Shown piece by piece: positions 51,204-61,781 of a DNA stretch of 64,000 nucleotides. Below the pieces are notes generated by a model. That model was not told the DNA's origin and did no database searches. It saw nothing but the letters and a program-made list of their open reading frames with translations. The stretch is taken from positions 32,676,001-32,740,000 of the forward strand of contig OZ076409.1 in the NCBI GenBank assembly GCA_964187785.1, written 5' to 3'. The DNA is from Amphiscolops sp. MND2022 (lineage: Eukaryota). The position numbers and the translations under genes are program-made. Numbering within the stretch: position 1 is the first letter of the stretch; each line of letters starts with the position of its first letter.

Positions 51204-51417
51204 TGTGTCTCTGGGAGTTCGAGTTACTGTGTCTCTGGGAGATTGGGCTACTGTGTCTCTGGGAGATTGGGCTACTGTGTCTCTGGGAGATTGGGCTACT
51301 GTGTCTCTGGGAGATTGAGCTACTGTGTCTCTGGGAGATTGGGCTACTGTGTCTCTGGGAGATTGGGCTACTGTGTCTCTGGGAGATTGGGCTATTGTGT
51401 CTCTGGGAGTTTGGGCT
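51204..51417. repeat. ~9 x 24-bp minisatellite TGTGTCTCTGGGAGATTGGGCTAC in the BEL leader
   Basis: Units start every 24 bp from 51204 to 51396. Confidence 0.95.
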
Positions 51418-51572
51418 TTTGTGACTTTGGGAACTGAGTTCAATCAAGAAGAGAAGAGATTGCTCAACCAAAACGATTTGATATCAACAAAGTTGAAAAC
51501 TTTCTGAAGAACTCTGCAGATAACGCGCAAACGCGGAGTTATTGGAATGCAGCTGTCGAGCAAGGAAAGACG

Positions 51573-54500
51573 GTGAAAAAAATTGATGAAAATCTAGCTA
51601 GCAATGATGACAACAAGCAGATAGTAGAGCTACTGTTACGACGAACAGATGCCATGAACCGGCGAGAACGACTCATTAAGGCAGTCGAAAATGCGATAAA
51701 ATTCAAGTATCAACCGCAGATACCCGAAATATTCTCAGCAGTGAACAAAGAAATAAAGATTCGATTTGTTGAGTTGCAGCAACAAAACTCTAGAATTGGA
51801 AGGATGATAATACTGATGTCAGCATTGCAAGATGAAAATCAGATACTGAACTACCTGGATCTTGAAGAAAAGAAACGTGCTATTGATGAAAAAATCGTAC
51901 ACAACGAAAAGTTGAGCGACGAACGAAGTGAAAACGGCGAGGACGCCGAAGCAGATTATGCAGCAGCATGTCAAAAATTGCTTCAAGAGAGTTCTGACTT
52001 CAAACTGAAAATTGAAGCTCTCCTGAAGTCAGAAGAAGCTGGAGCCATCTTGCGAAGCCTTGAGGACGCCGAACAAAGACTAGCAGACGTTCGCGCAAGC
52101 GTAGCCGCAGACAAATCAAGTAAAAATGGAACTTCACCACAAAAGGAGCCACAACCAGACAATGAGCAAAAGGAACACGATGGTCACAACGCGGATGACA
52201 GCCAAGAGCCACAAAATGGGGCTAGATCATTGCCAATAGAAGAAATGAGCATACATTCGCGAAGTGAAAGAGCCAAAAGCAACACAACCTCTGTGTTCTC
52301 GAAGACGTCAAGTGTAAGAAGAATCCTTGAATCTTTGATTTGGAGATAAAAGCATTGAAAGAGCAAGAAGAATTGCAAGCTCGCCTGAACTGAAACAAAA
52401 GGAAATAGCTGACTTGCAAGAAGAGTTGGCTCGCAAAGCTAGAATAGCCGAAAAAGAAATAGAAAGAGCGAAAGTCTCGAGTAGTTGTGGGTCTAGCTTC
52501 CGACGTATCTCACCAGTCGGGACTCCAGATGACAATCTGACGAAAGTTTCAGGATGGATGGACAAGAGAGAAGAAACTGAAAACGTGGCATCGTCGGTTA
52601 ACGTGCCACCAGGTTACCAGCAAAAGTCCGTCTCAGCACCAGTGATAACAGTACGTTCAACTCATGGAGGACAATGCTCCGCGCAAGTGAGGGACTCGAA
52701 GTCCTCATTGAAACCGGTCATGTCCACAGAGGTGTGTGCGAGATATTGGAAAGGACAGAACAAAGACTGTCAATAGATGTTGGCAGTCAAAGAGCAACAG
52801 CACAACCAGAAGTGAAATTCGCCTCATCGAAGCCGTCGATGACTCTCAGTGCAGACCGGAATTGGTTACCACCTACGTTTGGAGGCATCCCGAGTGGTGC
52901 AATTCAGGTACCACAGCTTGCGAACACACAGAAGCAGTAATCGCCAAGTCAAGGGCCAAACCTGGCGTCGAACGTAAGAGATGACTACTACATCAGATCT
53001 AGCATGCCAAAACTGAAGCTGGCAGAATTTTCAGGTGACCCATTGGAGTGGCCAGAGTGGTCACAACTATTTCAAGCAACTGTCCACGCAGCCAATATGG
53101 ATGACAGTGTAAAGATGAATCACTTGAAAACCATGGTCACAGGCAAAGCCAAGGAGGCAATTGCTGGCCTTGGGTACACCGCTGAAATGTACAATGTGGC
53201 GTGAAACGTGCTAGTTCGAAACTTTGGAAAACCGCAGATGGTTGTGAATGCTCAACTGAAGCGAATATACACTTTTTCCCCGATGAAACCTTATGATGGA
53301 GCATTTATCAAGTTTGCGAGAATAGTGTCGAGCTGCGTGAATGTTTTGACACAATTCAACTACGTGGGAGACCTAAACTCAGAAGGAGTTCTGGGCAGTG
53401 CCACAAGGAAGTTAACACTGGACATGAAAACTAAGTGGCTCACTTATGTGAAGCAAATGAACATGTATCAACCTGGACTCGCTGTATTCAGTGAGTGGCT
53501 CAATGATATAGCAGATGTTCAAGATGAATTGCTATTGTATTCGAATCCAAATGCTGATCGCGCAAAGACGAACTACAAGGAAAAGACCGAATGCTCTACT
53601 TTGCAACATCAGCAACAAACACAGCAAATTACAATTTGAAAACTCAGCGAGAGTGTGTGTTGAAAGTTGGTCAACATCCTATATGGAAATGTGAGAAATT
53701 CAAGAAGATGAACGTCGAAGAAAGAAGACAAAAGGCGAAAGAACTGGAGCTGTGCTTCAAATGCTTGTCAGACGCACATCAGATGAGAAATTGCTCTGGT
53801 AGTTTCTGCGACGTCAATGGTTGCCGACAACATCATCACCGATTGCTACCCCGACCTTACAAGAACGAGGAACAGACGCAAAATGTTGAGAATGTTGATG
53901 AGGTCTCTAACCTGTCATCAATGAGTGGTTCAACCTCCATCTGACAGTGGAGTGCTTCCAGTCATCCCAGTAACGATAAGAAGTGGGAGCAAAACTCTGA
54001 AAACGTTCGCTTTGTGTGACTCTGGAGCAAGCCTGTTCGTTGTAGACGAGAGCCTGATGAAAACGCTATATCTGACAGGAGAGCCAGTGGATTTGAATGT
54101 TGCAGGGATTCATGGTACCTCAGATATTAGTAGCAAACGACTTCGAGTCAGGAATGGAGATCAAGACGGACAGGTAAATGAAGATATTATGGCCTATAGT
54201 CACCCCAACGTAAATGCAGGAAATCGAACGTACAACCTCAAGAAATTGAAAGAAACTTATCCTCACCTGTCAGTTTTGAAAGACTCTACCATCAACTTGG
54301 GAGAAGTGAAAGTCATCTTGGGTCAAGATTGCTACCACTTGCATAGAGCAATCGACTATAGAAAGTGTGGAAACGCAAAGCCCTGGGCAGTGCAAACGAA
54401 GCTGGGATGGATGCTCAGTGGACCATTGCCTCAACATGAGACAGCAAAGCTTGCAACTGAAAGCTTAGTTGCAGCAGAAGTGGACCCATTAGCGGATCAA

Positions 54501-55750
54501 GAGAAGTCTCGGTGGGGTATGGAATCGTTCACTTCCCACTGCAGCGTATCCAAAATGTCCAAGGAAAATACGGAGAACTCACCAGACATATTCGTTGTAG
54601 AAAGGAACTGGCAGGAAGTCAGTACTAAATCCCTCCTCTTGGAAATCAAGCAAGTTTGGCAAAACTAAATGCACCTAGCTGTGGGTGACCATGTGGTAGT
54701 CAAACAAGACAAAAGAATGGGTTTCTCCTTTACAGAAGAAAAGAACGGACATGAAAGTTTTGCAATTAAATCAAACATCCGAACCTTGGAAGAATGTAGT
54801 GTGAAGCTTGATTTGCTGAAAGAGAATATAGATGTCGCCTCTATACGACAGCATGTTGAAGAAAAACAACCGACTCAAATGCAAGCCGTGAAGTTCGCTG
54901 TCAAGACCTTAACACTTGAAGAGGGAAAAAAGTGTTCTCAAATGAACAAAGTGGTTGAATTCGTAAAAGAGTGTCAAGTCGAACTTCATGAAAATTCAAG
55001 AGGGAAAGCGATGTATCGAAGAAACTCCAGTGATTTGTTGGAACACAACCAACCGTATAAAGACAACGCAAGTCATGGAGCAAAAGCCGTAGAGATGTCA
55101 TTTTGGAGAAAACATGATGTTGAGCTGAAAGAAAAACTGCGGGACAAAATTATTCCAAACGACAGTGAAAATTGTATCAACTGAATAGGTAATGGAAACT
55201 CGGGAATGGATGCAGTGGCACAAGCTAACCCTAATGTGTACACTCAACTGAGCAGTGGTCACGGCAAGCAACTCCAGAAACGAGCTTGGAAATTTGAACA
55301 TAGCTCATACTTATCAGATGAAATGGACGAAAGGGTTCAACTGAATCAAGATGGCATACTAGAAGCAAAAACTTCGACAGTTGATTTTGCATGCTTAATA
55401 TCACTAATGGAAAAGCGAATGGGTTCTTCAAAAGCCCGAACAACAACAAGCTGTAAAATTGGACCTTGCTTAGGGCCGGCCGCATTATGGGAAGAAGTGA
55501 TGATGATGAACGTGACTTTTTGGAAAATGCATCAAAGAAGAAGTTAGACAACTGGAAGTCAATGATTTGGTTTGGATAGTGGATGAAAATGTGAAAAGAG
55601 CACATTACAAGATGGGCAGAGTGTTAGAAATCTATCATGGAAGCGATGGGCAAGTGAGATCACCGCTGGGGAACTAAAACGATCAGTAGTGAAACTGGCA
55701 CCCATGTTCTATGAATGTGTTTTTCGAGAGAAAAACAGGGCCGGCAATGT
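51573..55750 (+). pseudogene. BEL/Pao gag-protease plus integrase C-terminal remnant; no RT, RNase H or DDE core seen
   Basis: PKLKLAEFSGDPLEW (DUF1759-like); CFKCLSDAH..RNC and CDVNGC..HH knuckles; FALCDSGAS; TKLGWMLSG; terminal NDLVWIVDE...MGRVLEIYHGSDGQVR...RSVVKLAP (DUF5641-like). Confidence 0.85.
55726..55747 (+). other. Polypurine tract
   Basis: GAGAGAAAAACAGGGCCGGCAA abutting the 3' LTR. Confidence 0.7.
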
Positions 55751-56656
55751 TGGCGCCAGTCATCAGCAGGCAAAGAAACTCGGTTTAGAACCTGCTGACT
55801 GAGAAACAAGACTTAAACTCTTGAAACCTTATAAGAAATTTTGAAGAAAATTCGATCGTCAATTTTCATCAAACCCCCCCCCAAATGGGTTTTCTCAAAG
55901 ACTCTGAGCCATAGAGCCATGAAACTTGTCACACATATGCAAGGACCTAACACAAACACACCGGATACGTTTCAAGGTCATTCACCCACTATAACCCCCT
56001 TTACGCCTCACATGCGCGATGTTCAATGTCATTGAACCGAAAATGTAAACATTGCTATTCACCTATATGACCACATTAGGATGTAACTCCGTTGAAATTG
56101 ATGATATTTACATTGTGTAAACATGCTTCTAACCCACGTGACCAACATACCAAAATCACCATGTGCTTTGTTTACATAGCCAATATTTTAAATAATTCAC
56201 TCAAATGTCATTTATTTATACTTACCTATTTCGACTCATATTTACTGTAGAATTGTAAACCACATTTTATCATTATTAGATAGAAATTTTCACCATTGAA
56301 TAGCTATAGTCAAGTTGGGCCTTAGGACCAAGAGACTTATTATTCAACTTCTCAATCTTCACAACTTTTCGCTGGGGTCAGAGCGACTGAGTAGCTACTT
56401 TCATAGTTGGAGAGCCGGAGCGCGTGAAGATACAGTGAGGGAAGTGTGTGCAGGATCACATCGGATCCAATTCAGTGCAAAGCGGGATCTCAGGAGATTC
56501 CTCGGATCACATCGGACCCACCAGTCAAAGATACAGTCCTTTAAAAACAAGAAAACCAGGAATTGTTTAGTGACGGTCCACAGCACTAAGCAACCGATCA
56601 GGGCGGCGTAAAGTTTGTCAAGCATCAGCGCAGGATAAAGGCAAGCAACCGTTACA
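55748..56656 (+). repeat. BEL/Pao 3' LTR
   Basis: Direct repeat of 50133-51039. Confidence 0.95.
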
Positions 56657-56833
56657 CTAGCGTTAAAATTCCAAATTGAATTTTTGCTAAATCGTCGCAA
56701 TAGATATTTTCTTTCAGCTATTGAGTCTTTGAAATAAACAGGAATAAATTCTTTGTGATAATTTTTTTTTGAATTTGTATTAATCTTTTTTAAAATTCAG
56801 TAATAAAAGAATACTAGTCTAAAGTCATCCCAG

Positions 56834-56850
56834 ACACACACACACACACA
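56834..56850. repeat. (AC)n microsatellite followed by inverted TGTGTG
   Basis: Direct observation. Confidence 0.9.
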
Positions 56851-57822
56851 TGTGTGAGAATCCGCACTTGGTCGGTCTGCCAGCACAATCCGCATAAGGT
56901 CGAACATTTACACTCACATTTGACCGGTCGAACGAAACAGTCGAACTTTCACATAAAAGCGGTCGAACATGCACATTCTATCTTAGACTGTCTGAGACTA
57001 CAAAAGATAGAAAAAGCCACATGCCTTGGTAGGACATTAACACAAACTTGAATGTGTTGTGCAAAAGCTGATTTCATGCTTTTTTGCTCCTTTCCTAATC
57101 AGTCTATGACGAATTATAGTTTTTTGTTCTACCTGTTGCTGTAAAAATTAGGCAATTTGCACGCATTCTTTTAATAAACCTTTCCCCCCATTGCTAATTA
57201 AAAAATCTTGATTTTCAACATAGATATAAAAATTTCAGAATTGTACTCTAAAAGTAACAAAATTTGTAAATTTTTGGGCAAAATCTAGTTCGTCTTGCGT
57301 TCTTTACACTGAATAACCGTTCGAAAGAAACTAAAAGCCAAGCCAAAGCCAATAAGATGAGTGAGTCAAGTGAGGATGAGTGAGTCAAGTTATTCGCAAT
57401 AAAATATTGCATTCGTTAATTTTCAATTCTTTAGGCGAATAAAAGTGTCCGCTAACGCTTTATATTGTCGCTAACTATCGATATCGCTAGTTTATGCAGA
57501 ATTTTCGCTACCGCTATCGCTGCCACACCTCTGATAACACATTAGGAACAAAATAAAACTATTTCTAACTTAAACAAAATAAGGAAATATTTGGACGCAA
57601 AAGTGAATTCAGAAAACACAAAACTGAATAAGCAGAAGCAATAACTTTATCAACAAAGTCCGATAAACATTTCAAATTTATTGAACAAGCTGTCAGAAAA
57701 TTCAAAATTCAAAACAGTTAAGTCAATTCAGCGTTCACAAATATAAAAATTGTCGATATAAATACCATTTCCTAAAAATAAAAAAGTTTTGAACTGAAAG
57801 TCTTTGAAATTTCCAACAGTTT

Positions 57823-58293
57823 TCATTTTCTGGCATCGCTGACCTGCATATTCCTCACTTTGTCCTTGATATCTTGCCACTTTTGTGCATGAGGATACCT
57901 CTTCATTGCTTCCAAACAGACATCTTGACCGGGCAGACGCCCTTCCATCATTTCTTTTCGAAATTCCTTTCTCAACGCCTTTTCTTGGTCTTCCGGCCAT
58001 TGTCGTCTGGTGGCACCTTTTGGCCTTCCAGCAGTTGTTCTCTTCTTTTTCTTGGGCCTTCTTTGTTCGGGTTCTTCCTCAGAACCATGGGAAACTTCAT
58101 CTGCTTGGAATGAAGCGTCATCGTCTGACTTTTCTTCCTTGTCGTTGTCGTCGTCATCGTCATCGTCATCTTCATCAGACTCATCCTTCTTCCCTTTCTC
58201 TTTGGTTCGTTGTGATGTGCTGCGGCTTGAAGTCGCCTTCGAGGAACTCGGAAGATTTGAATCAGCAGGAGTTTCTACTTCTTCACCTGCATC
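57823..58293 (-). CDS. Tyrosine recombinase gene, last exon (acidic tract, basic patch, Myb/SANT-like tail)
   Basis: tttccag|DAGEEV...RRQWPEDQEKALRKEF...LPGQDVC...KWQDIKDKVRNM...ARK*; 157 codons; missing from the ORF track. Confidence 0.75.
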   Translation of the reverse strand, partial: DAGEEVETPADSNLPSSSKATSSRSTSQRTKEKGKKDESDEDDDDDDDDNDKEEKSDDDASFQADEVSHGSEEEPEQRRPKKKKRTTAGRPKGATRRQWPEDQEKALRKEFRKEMMEGRLPGQDVCLEAMKRYPHAQKWQDIKDKVRNMQVSDARK

Positions 58294-58367
58294 CTGGAAA
58301 GTTCAAAATTTCGGGAAATTATGACACGAAGACGTGATTTTGCTTTGCAGCTTTTCGAAGAGCAAAC

Positions 58368-58690
58368 TTCTCAAACACCGTATGCTACTATTTCAACAAA
58401 GAACTCAAGAAACTAAATTCCGACACTTGTTCAATTGTTAATCCAATTCGAAGAGAAATCAGTATTCTCAAACACCGGGCGTTGCTATTTCAACAACAAA
58501 ATCAAGAAACTAAAATCCGACACTTTTTTAACTGTTAGTTCAATTCGAAGTGAAATCAGTATTCTCAAACACCGGGCGTTGCTAATTCAACAAAGAATTA
58601 AAAAAACTGAACTCCGACACTTTTTTAATTGTTAATTCAATTCGAAGTGAAAAGTATTCTCAAACACCGGGCGTTGCTATTTCAACTGAA
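58368..58690. repeat. ~97-bp tandem repeat (3+ copies) in a recombinase intron
   Basis: TTCTCAAACACCG... recurs at about 58368, 58465, 58562 and 58657. Confidence 0.85.
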
Positions 58691-58785
58691 GCTTTTAAAA
58701 TTATTGAAAAAAAATTAAAATTGGAATTCAAACTTATCAACCTATTCGCAATAGTATTTGAAGTCAAATTAGTAGAAAATCTCAC

Positions 58786-59560
58786 CGAATCGTCAAGATT
58801 CAAAGTCGGCTGGAGTGTGTCAAGGTTCTCCAGATAGGCGTCTTTGACCTTGCCTTTGTCCGCAATGTATAATAGTTTGGTCATTTTTGCCAGGTTTACA
58901 GCATCAGTGTGCATCCTGTAGTACTTGTCGTGAACATTCAGGTCGTGTCCCAGGAAGTCGGCCACCCAAACTCTTTGGTTTTGTGGTAAATCCAAGAACT
59001 GGGCTGCAGTGGCATTATACTTACGGAGCACTGTATATCGGAACACTTTTTTGTCTTGCAGCTTAAACTCTTCAGCGTATTTCCTCAAAACATCGATGCT
59101 TCTGTAGAATTGTTCGCCTCCCTCTGTTTGGAAGAAGTAGTTGTCACTTTTCAGCTTATCGTCATTAATCATGATGTCTATCACTTCTAGTGTTTTAGGT
59201 GGAATCAAAACGAGAACAAATTTTCCACCTTTCCCAGGCAGTCGCAGCAACGTGTAGTACTTTGCGAACATCATTTCAACTTCTGTGAGCTTAAAAAGTT
59301 CGTAATCCGTTGTTTGTGCCCTCTGTAAAGCCAGACTTCTTTGGAGAATCATGTCTTTTCGTGTTACACCCGAAACTTCGCGATCTCGCTTCTTATTAAA
59401 ACTGACAAGATCAGCAATCACGATTTGTTTCATTTCGGCGTAGTTGTGAGTCGTTTTGGCCAGCAAACCCGAAATTTTTGCCCCAATCTTTTCTCTGAAG
59501 CGCATCATATCCGAAGTTGGAATGACAAGGTGTGTCGACTCGTTCTGTTTCTTCAGCATC
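58786..59560 (-). CDS. Crypton (CryptonV-like) tyrosine recombinase, catalytic exon
   Basis: FNKKRDREV, GKGGKFVLVLIP, TVLRKYNAT, VADFLGHDLNVHDKYYR; acceptor aacag|, donor |gtgaga. Confidence 0.85.
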
Positions 59561-59956
59561 CTGTTAAAACAATCAAAACATACAAGGCCAATATGAAAAA
59601 AAACTCATTTTGGAAATACGGAATTAAAGCTGAAAACATTGAAAAAAGGTTGATGCTATCCGGATATGCACCCACGTGGGATTGTCATAATTCACGACAG
59701 CTTCCCTCCTGCACTGTTGCCGCAATGGAAGACTCAACATTGTCAATTTGACGCTTAAGGGCGCGACATCCGCTCAGGCATAGTACCGAGAACGGAATTA
59801 AATGAAAGATACTACAAAAATTAAAAAGTTGTCAAACGACGTACATCTGCATTTTTCTGAAGTGCAAAATCATTTTTGTTTGTTTTTGTTGAATTTGAAA
59901 GTCAGTATGAGACGTCTTTCGTGGTGACATGAAGTGTTAAAAAATAAAAAACTAAC

Positions 59957-61425
59957 TCATATTTTGCTGGTGCCGAAATTGCTGCCCACTCACTATCTAG
60001 AATTTTCAAGAACTCTCTTGCTGTTTCCGATATTGACTTCTTTTTCCACATCCAAGCCTGGTTGCGTAAGAACTGAGCAGCTGTTTTCAGAATTGATCCC
60101 ATTTTCATCCTGTAGGACTTTTCGAATGTCATAACAGCTTCTTTCACTCTTGGCCACATTTCGGGATTAATGACTTCAATCAAGTATGAGCAATTGAGTT
60201 TGTGTACAAGCTTGGCCATTGTTCTCATTCTGTCGTTGATTTGAAGGTAACCCTCGTCAGCTTTTCTCTTATCGAAGTTCAACTGGCCAAGGTATCGTAT
60301 CAGAGGATCACGCCTTGCAATATTCCCATATTCATCATGTCTCATTCGTGTGAAAACATATTGTTCAAATGGGGTGTCTTTGGTAGCTTTCACTTCGAGC
60401 ATCAATGCAAATGTAGCAGCCTTGATATTTTTTCCTGTATTGCTCAAAGCTATCTTTCCACTTGCTGGACAATCTGTTTTATGTCGATACATTGTTTTTT
60501 TCTGGAAGAAACCGAGACAACTTGGACAAGGGGCAAAGTCATAAGCAGATGGATTTTCAGCTACAGTTGGATCCCTGGCAACAATCAATTTGCTCTCGAA
60601 GTTTTGGGTCTCGCTGCACTTCTTGAAAACAGCGATGTTGTTTTTATAGAGACCTTCATAGACAATCAAGTGAGTGAGATTGTCCTTCTCTCTCCTCAGT
60701 TTTTTAAGTTCGGTCTCAGTTTGAACAGTTTCCCTGCCTTCTTCAAGATCCTCAATTTCCTTGTTAATCCTTTGAAGGTTTAAAACTCGGAGTTCTTTGC
60801 GATGAAATTTATCCACATGACGTGTCAGTTTTTGCACCATAGTGGCATTTTCTGGTTCAGTGAAGGGACAGTAAGGACAACATTTTGTTTTTCTGTGTTT
60901 ATTCAGGGCGACTTGAAATTTGATCTTCCGAAGAAATTTAGCATTGAATTGGCATTGTCCTGTTTGTTGGACGTACTTCTCCATTACAAGTTCCATTTCC
61001 TGATCTTCCATTTCTTGGGTATCCGTTGAAGTTGTAGCTGACTTGTAAGAACTTTCACTAATCTGACTGATACCTTCTGCATCCAAAACAACTTCTTTGG
61101 TTATTCCAACCAGAGGACCGCATTTCTTCGTTTTTGATCTTGTTCGTTCCAATGGCTCATCTTTTGATGGGTATTCGCTGCTCACATCCTCATCGTCCGT
61201 GTCATCATCACTTCCGGGAGTGAATCGATCGCTCGACGAGGTGGACGAATCTTTACTAGAATCTTCAGTTGTTCCACTGGAACATGGGGGCTGCGATTCT
61301 TCGTCGCTTGAGCATTGTTCGGAGACGGATTCTTCGCTTTCTTCAGCTTCCGGTTTCGGCCGTAGGTATTGACGGCCCTTGGCGAGCAGTTTTACAGCTC
61401 TGGTTGTTCCCTTCTCGGGTGTCAA
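59957..61425 (-). CDS. Tyrosine recombinase gene, Cys/His-rich middle exon
   Basis: CPYC...LTRHV, PCPSCLGFF...RHKTDC, DPLIRYLG, RMRTMAKL; donor GA|gttagt joins |G-ATG in frame (KYE-MLKK). Confidence 0.8.
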
Positions 61426-61781
61426 CTGCAAAACAACACACTAAGTTGAACATCACTATCAACCAATTGAAATGTTTTCGGTAAAACTTCAACAGAAAAA
61501 CAGCAATTTTCATTAGCAAAACCTTAGAAACTCCGCCTTCAATTACAATTACTTTTCGCTTTGTTCCAAAACATCTTTTTTCAACAATTGTTTTTTGACC
61601 AGTAGATGTCTCACGAAAGAAACCAAGGGGCTCCTCCATTCTGAATTTTGGAGAGCTAGGTCGAACATGCGACGTATGTTCGACCAAATGTGATGAACTT
61701 TTATGCGAGACGAAAAACGACTACTGAAAAACTTTTGTGGTTTTTATCAAGGAAAGTGAACCAAAAGAAAACTAGGTTTAC

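Larger units (their letters stand above)
50133..56656 (+). mobile_element. Non-autonomous BEL/Pao LTR retrotransposon, TSD CTAGC
   Basis: ~908 bp LTRs TGTTGG...TTACA; CTAGC at 50128-50132 and 56657-56661; PBS, PPT, BEL-type gag and protease. Confidence 0.95.

Noticed and set aside
51204..51417. Possible CRISPR-like array
   Set aside because: Contiguous 24-bp units with no unique spacers, in a eukaryotic LTR element; the same applies to the 57-bp array.
57449..57533. CGCTA-rich stretch ending CACACCTCTG (hAT-MITE-like end)
   Set aside because: No matching opposite terminus or TSD found.
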